A stretch of 64,000 nt of DNA from an uncultured bacterium (lineage in GTDB: Bacteria > UBP6 > UBA1177): contig CAJOMF010000001.1 of NCBI GenBank assembly GCA_905235605.1, positions 6,967-70,966 of the forward strand, given 5' to 3'. Both the position numbers and the translations under genes were made by a program. Positions 18,691 to 28,499 of this stretch are shown piece by piece; within the stretch, counting starts at the first letter, position 1, and each line of letters starts with the position of its first letter. The notes under the pieces are model-generated. The model searched no databases. It was not told the DNA's origin and was given only the letters and a program-made list of their open reading frames with translations.

Positions 18691-21087
18691 ATGATTTTTT
18701 CGGCGGTTTTTCTGATTTCGGCGGTGCTTTTCGCACTGGAAGTGCTGCAAACGAGGATATTTTCTTTTTCGTCATGGCATCATCTGACTTATATGGTGGT
18801 CGCTATAGCTATGATGGGTTATGCGGCTGCAGGAACGGTCCTTTCCGTTAAAAAAAATCTCAAAAATTATGAAAAATTCATTCACACCATCTCGATTTTG
18901 TTCGTTTTTTCGATTCCTGTAGCCTTTTTTATGACTTCCCGTATCCCCCTCGACCCGATGATGCAGAACAAATTTTTTATGATAATTTTTCTTCTGTGCG
19001 ACTATTTTTTTCTGGTCATGCCGCACTTTTTCGGCGGTCTCGTACTGCTTTCTGTTTTTCAGAACAACAGCAAAAACGTAAATATAAGTTACTTTGTTTC
19101 AGTTTCGGGCTCTCTGGCCGGTTGTTTTTCAGCTCTTCCTCTCTTAGAAGCTCTCGGCATGGAAGGCGCATTGACTGCAACGGTTTTATGTGCTGCGGCT
19201 GCCTCGATGTTTACCGCTTTTGCAGCTAAGAGAGGAGTCACAGGCAGAGTTTTTTCGGCATTTCTTATTGTATTTGCACTTCTTTTGTTTCCTTTAAAGA
19301 ACAGTGTTTTCAGTGTAAGACCTGCTTTTTCAAAAGTCCTGTCGTCGATCCCTGCAAACACTGAAATGACTGAGTGGAACAGGGCGGGCAGAGTTGATAT
19401 TTCCCGGTCGGACGGGCTTGTTTTCAAGTATATTTTGGAAGATCTGCGGAGAGGAGTCACGACTATTGACGGAGATGCTGCTTCTTTTATCTACGATTTT
19501 TCCGATGAACCTGAACGGGTGGCATCTACGCTTTATTCGGCAGGATATTTCGGGCTTTCGGATCCTGATGTTTTTGTCGCAGGGCTTTCTACGACCGACA
19601 TCGCAGCGGCACTTTTCTGGCGGGCAAAATCGGTTACATCGGTTGAGGTAAACAGCTCTGTTATAAACTTAAATATGCGTAAATATTCAACTTTTAAGAA
19701 TAATATCCTGAAAAATGAAAAAGTTGCGATCGTCCACGGCGAAGTACGCTCGTTTTTGGAATCGACGGACAGAAAATACGATCTGATCCAGTTTTCCGGT
19801 ACGGACACGCCGTCTGCGCTGATGAACGGTGCCTATATAATGAATGAAAGCTATCTGTATACAAAAGAGGCTTTCGCAACTTATTTGGATCATCTGAACG
19901 ACAATGGAACGCTTGCAGTTGTCAGGTGGGTGCTCTGGCCTCCGAGAGAGACACTTAAAGTTGCCGTCACGGCCTCTATAGTGCTCAAGGAAGCCGGTTT
20001 CGAGCATCCTGAAAACAATATTGTCATCATCGGTGACGGAACTTTTGCGAGTGTTCTTGTCAAAAAACGCAGCTATACATGGGCGGAGCTGAACGAAATC
20101 GCAGCTATCGTGGCGGAAACACCCGATTTAAGGATCATATACGCTCCGGGATTTTCGGCAGGAGCGAGATATTACGATCCGATCGTGAGCAGGGTGAATT
20201 TTTCGAGCGAGCAGGCGGTCGACTTGATAAAAAGCGGCTTTGTTTACTTTTTCAGGGATCTCGAACATGGGAACCAGGACAGGTTTATTGATGATTATCC
20301 CTATAATATCAAGCCTGTAACCGACGATTTGCCCTTCTTTTTCAACTATTTTAAATTCGGTGGAGATGAATTGCCCGCTGATATTAGGGATATTTTCGGA
20401 AAAGAGCTTCCGTTTCAGTTCATAATTTTGCTGCTTACTTTCGCACAACTTTTATTTTTCTCGCTTTCCCTGCTTTCGGCACCGTTTTTTTTCATGTCAA
20501 AAGATGAAAAAAGGTATTTTCCGCTTCTCCAGATTCTTGCTTCTGCCGCTCTAGGCTTCGGTTTTATGTTTGTTGAAATGAGTTTTATACAGAAATTCAC
20601 CCTGCTTTTCGGCGATCCTGCGACTTCTGCCGCGACAGCCGTCGGGATGCTTCTTCTTTTATCGGCAGCAGGTTCACTTTTCAGCAAAAAGATATTGATT
20701 TTGCTCGGAGAAAAATCTTTTTTCAGCATTCTGGCTGTAGTTCTTCCTCTTATGATCCTGGGGTATGCTGTGATCATACCTCATTTTTCAGCATTCTGCA
20801 CAACATTCACTTTTGCTCAAAAACTTTTGCTGACAGCAGTTTTTACAGCGCCTCTTGGTTTTATAATGGGAACGGTTTTTCCGGTATCGATGCTTCTCAT
20901 CGGAGAGAAAAAAACGTTCTTTATCCCGCTGGCAGCCGGTGCAAACGGAGCGGCTTCTGTTCTTGCAACGGTAACTTCCGTAATAATTGCTCTTGTTTAC
21001 GGTTTTAAATTTGTTTTTGTGATTTCGGCTTTCTGCTATTTTTTCGCCCTTTCGGCAATGCTTTATTTCGTAAAAAAACGGTTTTGA
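18691..21087 (+). CDS. Polytopic membrane protein with central spermidine-synthase-like SAM-binding domain
   Basis: About 7 N-terminal TMs, EWN..GRVD, IDGDA, VEVN, YDLIQFSGTDT, ESYLYTKEAF..YLDHL, PVTDDLPFF, C-terminal TMs. Confidence 0.8.
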   Translation: MIFSAVFLISAVLFALEVLQTRIFSFSSWHHLTYMVVAIAMMGYAAAGTVLSVKKNLKNYEKFIHTISILFVFSIPVAFFMTSRIPLDPMMQNKFFMIIFLLCDYFFLVMPHFFGGLVLLSVFQNNSKNVNISYFVSVSGSLAGCFSALPLLEALGMEGALTATVLCAAAASMFTAFAAKRGVTGRVFSAFLIVFALLLFPLKNSVFSVRPAFSKVLSSIPANTEMTEWNRAGRVDISRSDGLVFKYILEDLRRGVTTIDGDAASFIYDFSDEPERVASTLYSAGYFGLSDPDVFVAGLSTTDIAAALFWRAKSVTSVEVNSSVINLNMRKYSTFKNNILKNEKVAIVHGEVRSFLESTDRKYDLIQFSGTDTPSALMNGAYIMNESYLYTKEAFATYLDHLNDNGTLAVVRWVLWPPRETLKVAVTASIVLKEAGFEHPENNIVIIGDGTFASVLVKKRSYTWAELNEIAAIVAETPDLRIIYAPGFSAGARYYDPIVSRVNFSSEQAVDLIKSGFVYFFRDLEHGNQDRFIDDYPYNIKPVTDDLPFFFNYFKFGGDELPADIRDIFGKELPFQFIILLLTFAQLLFFSLSLLSAPFFFMSKDEKRYFPLLQILASAALGFGFMFVEMSFIQKFTLLFGDPATSAATAVGMLLLLSAAGSLFSKKILILLGEKSFFSILAVVLPLMILGYAVIIPHFSAFCTTFTFAQKLLLTAVFTAPLGFIMGTVFPVSMLLIGEKKTFFIPLAAGANGAASVLATVTSVIIALVYGFKFVFVISAFCYFFALSAMLYFVKKRF

Positions 21088-21103
21088 TTTTATGTTTTTT
21101 TAA

Positions 21104-21937
21104 GTGTATGATCGCGCGTTGTTTTTTCTGGGGGATCCGGTGCGCGACTTCATTGAACGGTTGGGATTCAAAGCAATAAGCACTTTCAGGAATGTTTCAG
21201 GTTTTTTTGTATTCTGCCTGAAATGCCTGCGCGAATTTTTGACGGGGTCGTTTTTCAACCGTGCCGCATTCGACATCCTCGTCATGCAGATATTCTTCAC
21301 GGCGTATCAGCTTCTCAGCTTGTTTATCGTTCTGAGCGCGGTTTTCGGCAGTATTTTTATCGGGATCGTTTTTCAGACTGTCAAAAGTCTTGGACTTGTA
21401 CAGTATCTGGGCAGTATCGTCATGGGGGTCGTCGTTTTGGAGTTTTCGCCGCTTATCACGGTCGTTCTCCTTGCTCTGCGAAGTTCTTCTGCCGTCAATT
21501 CCGAGATCGCGGTCATGAAGGTAAACCGCGAAATAGACGCGCTTGAGTCTTTCGGGATAGATCCTGTCGTCTACCTTTTTCTGCCCAGGATCATCAGTTT
21601 CATAATAAGCGTGACGATCCTTTCATCACTTTTTGCAATAATCGTCCTTTTCAGCGGTTTTGCGTTCAGCAGCATAATTTTTGAAATGAGTGCCGGAATC
21701 TTTTCGGAAATGATAACAAAATCGATTTCTGTTTTTGACATAATAATATTCTATGTGAAAACGGTTGTATTCGGCTTTTTTATATCGGTCATCCCGCTTT
21801 ACAACGGCTGGAAGACCCAGTACCGCCCGACTGACATTCCAGTTTCGGTGCTTCGCGGGATGATGGGTGTTTTCATGTCAATAGTTTTTGTGGAGATTGT
21901 GTCATTAGTGGCAAGATTTTTCCTGAATTCTTTGTGA
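21104..21937 (+). CDS. mlaE: MlaE-family ABC permease
   Basis: VLEFSPLITVVLLALRSSSAVNSEIAVMKVNREIDALESFGIDP..YLFLPRI. Confidence 0.9.
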   Translation: MYDRALFFLGDPVRDFIERLGFKAISTFRNVSGFFVFCLKCLREFLTGSFFNRAAFDILVMQIFFTAYQLLSLFIVLSAVFGSIFIGIVFQTVKSLGLVQYLGSIVMGVVVLEFSPLITVVLLALRSSSAVNSEIAVMKVNREIDALESFGIDPVVYLFLPRIISFIISVTILSSLFAIIVLFSGFAFSSIIFEMSAGIFSEMITKSISVFDIIIFYVKTVVFGFFISVIPLYNGWKTQYRPTDIPVSVLRGMMGVFMSIVFVEIVSLVARFFLNSL

Positions 21938-22362
21938 GCGAGGCTGAGCTCAAAGCCCGCGCCAAAGCGATTGGCGCCGAACAGCGTGCCGGTTTTGTGT
22001 CGCCCGATATCCCTCTTCTTTCGAATTTGAGTGTTTACGACAACATTTCGCTTGTTCCGCGTTATCTGACGGCTGAAAAAGATGCCTCTATCCGCGCCGA
22101 AATCGAAAGAATGCTTGCTCTTTTGGATATTCCGGATGCAACGAACAAAAAGACATTTCAGCTTGATTCCGGGACACTTTTCAAAGTGAAACTGCTTCGT
22201 GCTCTGATGCTGAAGGATTCTGTCACAGTCATTGACAGACCGTTCGTCATGCTGAACACCGCAGCCGATATAAAACCAGTTGTGAAAATGCTGGACACGC
22301 TTGAGGTGGACGGAAAAAAAGTCATATTTTTCGATTTTGAGTGGAATAAAAACAAATATTAA
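21934..22362 (+). CDS. Truncated/degenerate ABC ATPase-like protein (MlaF-like fragment)
   Basis: GTG start overlapping the mlaE stop; GFVS...LLSNLSVYDNISL retained; no Walker A; LDSGT and VIDRP at the signature and Walker B positions. Confidence 0.65.
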   Translation: MSEAELKARAKAIGAEQRAGFVSPDIPLLSNLSVYDNISLVPRYLTAEKDASIRAEIERMLALLDIPDATNKKTFQLDSGTLFKVKLLRALMLKDSVTVIDRPFVMLNTAADIKPVVKMLDTLEVDGKKVIFFDFEWNKNKY

Positions 22363-22366
22363 TCGG

Positions 22367-22437
22367 AATCCCGAGATTCCGGAATCCGGTTCGCGCCGCC
22401 GGGATCCCGAGATCCCGTAATCCCGAGATCCCGGTAT
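22367..22437. repeat. GC-rich octamer-array element (copy A)
   Basis: aatcccga gattccgg aatccggt ... gccgccgg gatcccga gatcccgt aatcccga gatcccgg tat; 22395-22437 matches 38873-38915 at 40/43. Confidence 0.85.
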
Positions 22438-22447
22438 TATTTCGTCG

Positions 22448-23818
22448 TTAAATGTGAATCGCTCTTCCCAAAGCGCCGAGCAGCGCTTCAAGTGATGCTT
22501 CCGAAAGTGTCGGATGCGGATGGATCGATTCGACGATCTCTTCAGCGGTGAGTCCTGCGTTCATTGCCGGAATAAATTCAGAAATTAGGTCTGTTGCGCC
22601 GTTGCCGATGATGTGAACGCCGAGAAGTTTGTGCGTTTCTTCGTCAATTATGACTTTTACAAAACCGGTCGTGTGGTTTGCCGCAACTGCTTTTCCGTTT
22701 GCGCTGAAGGGGAATTTGCCGACTTTGAATTTGAGCCCTTTTTCAGCCGCCTGAGCTTCTTTGAGACCCATCGACGCGATCGAAGGAGTGCAGTAGATAC
22801 AAGCCGGATTGTAGAGGTAGTTTATCGGTTTAAGGTTTTTCATTCCCGCGATCTGCTCGACTGCAAGTATTCCTTCGTGCTCTGCCGTGTGTGCGAGCAT
22901 CGGAGTAAAAATGACGTCGCCGACCGCGTAGATTCCGGGAACATTCGTGCGGCAGAATTCGTCAACAGGGATGAAACCGCGTCTGTCCGGAGTGATCCCT
23001 GCAGCTTCGAGGTTGAGGTTTGCCGTATTGGGAGAACGTCCGACGCACGAAAGGACCTGCTCGGCTTCAACAACGTTTCCGTTTGCGAGGGTGAGGGTTA
23101 CCCCGGCATCGTTTTTTTCTGCCTTTTCAACGGAAGTACCTGTAATTATTTTGATTTTTTTCTTCTTAAACTCTTTTGTAAGTTCTTTGGAGATCTCAGC
23201 GTCTTCCATCGGGATAATGGTGTTCATCGCTTCGATTATCGTTACTTCGACTCCGAATGTGCGGTAGACGAATCCGAGCTCGACTCCGATCACGCCGCCG
23301 CCTATTATTGCAAGGCTTTTCGGCAGTTCAGCCTGGAAAAGAGCCTGATCTGAGCTGATGATTTTTTTGTTGTCGATCGAAAAATTGGGGAAATCGCGGA
23401 CGACTGAACCAGTAGCGATTATGATGTTTTCAGCGTCAAATTCGGTTTCACCTGCTTTCACGGTGTGTGCGGAAGTGAATTTCGCTTCAGCCTGAACTAG
23501 ACGGATATTGTTTTTCTTGAAAAGATATGCGATACCCGCTCTGTTTTTTGATGCCGCATTTTTAGCGTGCTCATTCACTTTTGTCCAGTCAAATTCAGCA
23601 TTTGCAGTAATTCCCAAAGCAGTTGCACTGAGTATCGAATTGAAGGTTTCAGCCGCCGAAATGAGTGCTTTTGTAGGGATGCAGCCGCGGTTGAGGCATG
23701 TTCCGCCCAAAAATCCGCGTTCGATGACGACCGGCTCTAACCCGAGCTGAGCCGCTCTGATTGCCGCAACATAACCGCCGGGACCAGCGCCGATGATGAG
23801 AAGTTTTACTTTTTCCAT
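22448..23818 (-). CDS. lpdA: Dihydrolipoamide dehydrogenase
   Basis: IGAGPGGYVAAIRAAQLG, GGTCLNRGCIP, IGGGVIGVE, HPHPTLSE. Confidence 0.95.
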   Translation of the reverse strand: MEKVKLLIIGAGPGGYVAAIRAAQLGLEPVVIERGFLGGTCLNRGCIPTKALISAAETFNSILSATALGITANAEFDWTKVNEHAKNAASKNRAGIAYLFKKNNIRLVQAEAKFTSAHTVKAGETEFDAENIIIATGSVVRDFPNFSIDNKKIISSDQALFQAELPKSLAIIGGGVIGVELGFVYRTFGVEVTIIEAMNTIIPMEDAEISKELTKEFKKKKIKIITGTSVEKAEKNDAGVTLTLANGNVVEAEQVLSCVGRSPNTANLNLEAAGITPDRRGFIPVDEFCRTNVPGIYAVGDVIFTPMLAHTAEHEGILAVEQIAGMKNLKPINYLYNPACIYCTPSIASMGLKEAQAAEKGLKFKVGKFPFSANGKAVAANHTTGFVKVIIDEETHKLLGVHIIGNGATDLISEFIPAMNAGLTAEEIVESIHPHPTLSEASLEALLGALGRAIHI

Positions 23819-23898
23819 TATTTCCTCCTTAAAAAATAAAAAAGAATCAGCAAATTGCGCGCAATGTTAGGAAAAAGCGTGAAAAAGGCAAATTTTAA

Positions 23899-24018
23899 CG
23901 GCGGCGGCAGATAATCACGGGATCACGGGATTACGGAATCTCGGGATCTCGGTGCCGCCGTCGGGATCTCGGTGCCGCCGTCGGGATCTCGGAATCACGT
24001 AATCACGGAATCCCGGTA
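23899..24018. repeat. GC-rich octamer-array element (compound copy B)
   Basis: 10 nATnnCGn octamers plus a duplicated tgccgccgtcgg-gatctcgg unit; 23973-24018 aligns to copy C. Confidence 0.85.
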
Positions 24019-24038
24019 GGAATCAGCAGCTGAAAAAA

Positions 24039-24066
24039 TTGCCTTTTTTATTCAAGGTTATATTCT
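24039..24066 (+). promoter_or_regulatory. Sigma70-like promoter of the radical SAM gene (TTGCCT-16-TATTCT)
   Basis: Hexamer matches upstream of ATG 24116. Confidence 0.4.
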
Positions 24067-24115
24067 GGTGACGCCTTGATTTGTGAAGGCTTGGTTTGAT
24101 TTTTGGTTGAATAAA

Positions 24116-25363
24116 ATGGAACTTATTGAAAAACTTGAGATTTTAGGCGCTGCGGCAAAGTTCGACGCAAGCTGTTCTTCAAGCGGAAGCAGCAGAAAAG
24201 GTGCCGCAGGAGGCATCGGGAGCGCGTACAGAGCCGGGATCTGTCACAGCTGGGCGGCTGACGGCAGGTGCATAAGTCTGCTCAAAGTTTTGTTCACGAA
24301 CTACTGCATAAACGACTGTGCATACTGCATCAACAGGCGCAGTAACGACGTGAAGCGGGCGACTTTTACGGTTGACGAGCTTGTGTCACTCACGATGAAT
24401 TTCTACAAAAGAAACTACATTGAAGGGCTTTTTCTGAGTTCCGGTATCATAAAAAACGCCGATTTTACTATGGAAAAGCTGATCGCGGTGGCAAAAAAAC
24501 TTAGAGATGAAGAAAGTTTCAACGGCTATATCCACCTCAAAGTTATCCCGGGAGCGAGTGACATTCTGATAAAAGAGGCGGGGCTTTATGCCGACAGAGT
24601 TTCTGTAAATATCGAACTTCCTTCAGAAAAAAGCCTGAAACTGCTCACTGAAAAAAGTAAGGAATCTATCATAAAACCGATGGGTGATATTTGCGGAGAC
24701 ATTGTCGAGAACCGCGAAGAGAGGAGAAAAACGAAAAAACTGCCGCTTTTTGCACCAGCCGGGCAGACGACTCAGCTCATTGTCGGTGCAACGCCTGAAA
24801 CCGACCGGAAAATTGTGAAACTGACCGAGGCATTTTATAAAAAATTCAGTATGAAAAGGGTCTACTATTCGGCATTCGTGCCGGTAAATTCCGACAAGCG
24901 CCTTCCGGTCGTTTCGCTGCCGCCGCTTGACCGGGAACACAGGCTCTATCAGGCCGACTGGCTCATGCGCTTTTACGGTTTTCAGGCTGATGAGATCGTG
25001 ACTGACGAAAATCCCTTTCTTTCAGATGACATTGATCCGAAGGCGGTCTGGGCGATGCGGAACATGCACCTTTTTCCGCTTGAAATCAACACAGCTGCGT
25101 TCGAAATGATCCTGCGTGTGCCGGGAATAGGGCGGCAGTCGGCAGTCAGAATAGTTTCGGCAAGAAGGAACGGCTCTCTTGATTTCGACGATCTCAAAAG
25201 GATCGGTGTCGTCCTCAAGAGGGCGCGCTATTTCATTACCTGCAAAGGAAAAATGATGCCTGAGACGGTTATTACCGAGAAAAATGTTTTTGAGGCGATG
25301 AAAACGACGAGCACTAAAGCCGGTGCGCCGGACCACACTATTGAGCAGCTTTCACTGTTTTGA
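24116..25363 (+). CDS. Putative DNA modification/repair radical SAM protein (TIGR03916-like)
   Basis: KLEILGAAAKFDASCSSSG, GICHSWAADGRCISLLK, CINDCAYC, HhH RVPGIGRQSA, REHRLYQADWL. Confidence 0.9.
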   Translation: MELIEKLEILGAAAKFDASCSSSGSSRKGAAGGIGSAYRAGICHSWAADGRCISLLKVLFTNYCINDCAYCINRRSNDVKRATFTVDELVSLTMNFYKRNYIEGLFLSSGIIKNADFTMEKLIAVAKKLRDEESFNGYIHLKVIPGASDILIKEAGLYADRVSVNIELPSEKSLKLLTEKSKESIIKPMGDICGDIVENREERRKTKKLPLFAPAGQTTQLIVGATPETDRKIVKLTEAFYKKFSMKRVYYSAFVPVNSDKRLPVVSLPPLDREHRLYQADWLMRFYGFQADEIVTDENPFLSDDIDPKAVWAMRNMHLFPLEINTAAFEMILRVPGIGRQSAVRIVSARRNGSLDFDDLKRIGVVLKRARYFITCKGKMMPETVITEKNVFEAMKTTSTKAGAPDHTIEQLSLF

Positions 25364-25367
25364 AACT

Positions 25368-26129
25368 ATGATTTTTTTATACGACGGCACATTCGAAGGT
25401 TTTCTGAGCGCGGTTTTTGACGCTTTTTCTGCCAAAGATGAAGTTGAGATTGAAAAAAAAGAGGGCTGGCAGCCGCAGCTTTTTGCTGATCCGGTAGAAG
25501 TCGAAACTGTGCAGGAAAAAGCGGAAAGAGTTGTAAATAAACTTCTTTCAATATGCGGGCGCCGCGGATTTTCGGCGATGATCCAGATTTTTCTTTCCGA
25601 AGAGGAAAACGCTGAAACATATACGTTTTACCTCATTAAATCGGTGATAAAATACGGTTCGAAGGCGTTTTCGCGCTTTCAGGACGAAAAAATCACGCGA
25701 GCTATGGAATTTAGAAAAAGAGTCTCTAAGGAGTGTGACAAAATTTTGGGAATTCTGCGCTTTACAGAGCTTGCAAACGGCGTTTTCTATGCTCCGTTCG
25801 AGCCTGATCACAATATTCTTCCTCTCATTACCGGTCATTTTTACGAGCGTCTTTCAGGATGCCGCTGGATGATCCACGACCTGAGACGCGGAATTGCAGT
25901 CTGTCACAGCGACGGAAAGATGGAAAATGTCGAATTTGCTGATGAAATGACATCTCACCTGAATATGGCGGATCTTCTGGGAAAATCTGAAAACGAAGAG
26001 GATTTCGCAAAAATGTGGCGCGGCTACTTCAAAATCATAGCCATTGAAACCCGCACGAATCCTAAATTACAAAGGCAGTTCATGCCGAAGCGTTACTGGA
26101 AATACATGACAGAAAAGAAAAACGGATGA
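25368..26129 (+). CDS. DUF4130 / TIGR03915-like putative DNA metabolism protein
   Basis: YDGTFEGFLSAVF, GILRF, FEPDHNILPL...HF..R, WMIHD, QRQFMPKRYWKYM. Confidence 0.9.
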   Translation: MIFLYDGTFEGFLSAVFDAFSAKDEVEIEKKEGWQPQLFADPVEVETVQEKAERVVNKLLSICGRRGFSAMIQIFLSEEENAETYTFYLIKSVIKYGSKAFSRFQDEKITRAMEFRKRVSKECDKILGILRFTELANGVFYAPFEPDHNILPLITGHFYERLSGCRWMIHDLRRGIAVCHSDGKMENVEFADEMTSHLNMADLLGKSENEEDFAKMWRGYFKIIAIETRTNPKLQRQFMPKRYWKYMTEKKNG

Positions 26130-26140
26130 TGGCTGCGTTG

Positions 26141-26168
26141 TTGACTTTATCTGCCGCAAACCGATAAT
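26141..26168 (+). promoter_or_regulatory. Possible sigma70-like promoter of the 760-aa orphan (TTGACT-16-GATAAT)
   Basis: Lies in the 87-bp gap before ATG 26217. Confidence 0.4.
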
Positions 26169-26216
26169 GCGGCATCTTTTGTTTATTGACTTATAGAGAG
26201 TAAATCACAAAAAAAT

Positions 26217-28499
26217 ATGAGTAAATTTCCTAAATTCGATGAAAAAGAAACCAAAGAAGGAAACATCAGGCGTGTTTTCTCTATATTTTTGGGAAAACTC
26301 GAAAATGAAAGACTGAGTCTGTGCCCCAAAGAAGCAAGGGAGGATTGGGCTGCCTTCAAAAAAGAGGCTCCGGCAGATGAATACGACAAACGGCTCCTCA
26401 GCGTCTGCAGCCAGGCACAGAGAGAAGAGCTGATGAAAGTGACATCTGAGCTTCTGACTGAAGAAGAGGCTAAGCAGCTGCTCGAAATCGCAAATCACGA
26501 TGACAAAAAGTTTTGGTTTGCAGATAAGTCTCTGAGTGACAAGGAGAAGTTTGTAGGAGGTTTTTATCACAAAGTCCTGCCGACGGTAATGTCGGTTTTT
26601 AATCCCCGTTTTGATGCGGTCAGAGTCGATTTTCTCAGGTATTTCATACTTTGGGACAACTTTGCGGAAGAACGGCGTTATGAAAAGGAAAACGAGAGTT
26701 TTTCGGATCATTTTTTTGTGCCGAAAGAGAGTTTTGATGCCTTTAAAAGCGGAGACACTCTTAAAAAACTTCAAACTGTCAGTGATATTCCTGCGTTATA
26801 TAAATTCGCGGCTGATGAAATTACCGCTGTGAGCCTGATAAAGCGCTTTGACAGAGAGTTCTATCCAAGTGAAAACGAATATTTGAGAGACTCGATTTCA
26901 ATCTCGGATTACAATAATGCGGCCAGGTGTTTTTACGAAATCTGCAAAGGAATTCTCAACAATACCGGCTTTCTGACTGCCGCCATAGATCAGGATCTGC
27001 TTTCCGCAAAGTTTGTTTTTGAAACTTTGAAATACAAGGAATATGTGGAAAAATGCCATGAAATTCTGGCCACAGCTTCCAAAATACTGATGACTGCAAA
27101 AACTGATGAGGAAGTTTTGTCTTTACGGAAGGAGCATGAAGGTAAAGGGATATTTGTCGTCAAAGTCGAAAGCGACGACGAGGATTCTTTGAAGAAAATT
27201 ATGTTTGAGCATGACTCTTATGACGAAATTCTTGAACGGGAAACAAAAGAGAAGCTCGCCGGAATCTTCTTTGAAAGTGAAGAAATGAAAAATTACCTTG
27301 CCGAAAAAGTTTCCGGGTTCGGTATTGGTATTGATGAATTCAGAAACAGAGAGTTTTTCTCTTTTATGATGAAACTCAATCCTGAGTATAGAAAGCCGAT
27401 AAAAAGGCGTGTGTTTAAAATAAATTTAAAAAATTTGGAGGAGTTGAAAGACGCCGGCGATCTTTTTGTGAATTTTGGCGAGATTTTGCTTGGACAGCTT
27501 GGACGCTGCTGCAACGGTGAAGCGGCGGAGTCTAAGGAAGAGGCACTTGAGTATCTCAAAGACTTTCTTGGAGAGTGGGTGCTCGGAAAATGGTATTTTA
27601 CGGAACTTCCGGAACTTTTTCAGAAAATAGTCTTGGTTTTGCAGACCTTGGATTTTTGCGGAAAAAGTGCCGATTTTTCCGAAGTCGGAATCGACAAAGA
27701 TGCTTTGAAAAAAGAGATAGACACGTTTTTGGGTGAGCTTAAAAAAATTGCTGCATCGGGTGGTAAACCGTCTGATTATTATGAAAACAAGCCTTTAGAG
27801 TCATATAATCTTCCTAATGTTGAATCCTATATCTCGACTCAGGCGTTTCACGCAGCCGTCTTGTTTTTGAGAGACTGCTTCGGTGCATGGAAAGCTGCAA
27901 AACCGATGCTCGCGATTTTCAGAAATCTCAAAGAACAGGCTTATTCGATCGATATGGAACATTACGAGTATGACCGTTACACCTGGGCTTTCGTGCCGGT
28001 GCGCATTACTCCGCTTCTCGGTGCGCTGGAAGGGGAAGAAGCTGCGAAAGTGTGCGAAGAGTGGTTCAAGCATCTTGCCGATCAGCTCAAATCTGCAGAT
28101 GATTTTGCAATAAACAAGCGCAGGGAAAACCCGGAAGAAGTGCCGGAAGAGTTCCGCGAGGGTTACGATATTACGGTCATTGAGCCGCATCCGCTCTGGA
28201 GAGAGGCTTTCTGTGAAGCGGCAGGGGATTTGAGAGTAAATTCCGGCTGCAAGTCAGTATTCAACCACCTGAAAAAAAATGATATCGACAAGGATGTCAG
28301 GGAAGCGGCGGCAAAAACTCTGGAGCGTATTGAAAAAATCAAGGGAAAATTCGATTCCGGTTCGAGAAAACGGGCGCTTCTCAACGCGTGGTGGTGGTAC
28401 AGAGTCGCTCACCTGAAAAGTCTTGGCATAGATTTCGACTGGGTTTCCGCGCAAAACCTTAAGAGCAAGGAAGTCAAAATAAATTATCCGAAAAATTAA
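26217..28499 (+). CDS. Hypothetical 760-aa cytoplasmic protein, predicted largely alpha-helical
   Basis: Long uninterrupted ORF; no signal peptide or recognised catalytic motif; HEAT-like DKDVREAAAKTL near the C-terminus. Confidence 0.8.
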   Translation: MSKFPKFDEKETKEGNIRRVFSIFLGKLENERLSLCPKEAREDWAAFKKEAPADEYDKRLLSVCSQAQREELMKVTSELLTEEEAKQLLEIANHDDKKFWFADKSLSDKEKFVGGFYHKVLPTVMSVFNPRFDAVRVDFLRYFILWDNFAEERRYEKENESFSDHFFVPKESFDAFKSGDTLKKLQTVSDIPALYKFAADEITAVSLIKRFDREFYPSENEYLRDSISISDYNNAARCFYEICKGILNNTGFLTAAIDQDLLSAKFVFETLKYKEYVEKCHEILATASKILMTAKTDEEVLSLRKEHEGKGIFVVKVESDDEDSLKKIMFEHDSYDEILERETKEKLAGIFFESEEMKNYLAEKVSGFGIGIDEFRNREFFSFMMKLNPEYRKPIKRRVFKINLKNLEELKDAGDLFVNFGEILLGQLGRCCNGEAAESKEEALEYLKDFLGEWVLGKWYFTELPELFQKIVLVLQTLDFCGKSADFSEVGIDKDALKKEIDTFLGELKKIAASGGKPSDYYENKPLESYNLPNVESYISTQAFHAAVLFLRDCFGAWKAAKPMLAIFRNLKEQAYSIDMEHYEYDRYTWAFVPVRITPLLGALEGEEAAKVCEEWFKHLADQLKSADDFAINKRRENPEEVPEEFREGYDITVIEPHPLWREAFCEAAGDLRVNSGCKSVFNHLKKNDIDKDVREAAAKTLERIEKIKGKFDSGSRKRALLNAWWWYRVAHLKSLGIDFDWVSAQNLKSKEVKINYPKN

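Noticed and set aside
23941-23992. 20-bp direct repeat TCGGGATCTCGGTGCCGCCG as a mini-CRISPR
   Set aside because: Units are contiguous with no unique spacers, and no cas genes are present; it is part of the octamer element.
26205-26774. 189-aa antisense ORF over the 760-aa orphan
   Set aside because: Composition is what the reverse frame of an A-rich gene gives; no independent support.
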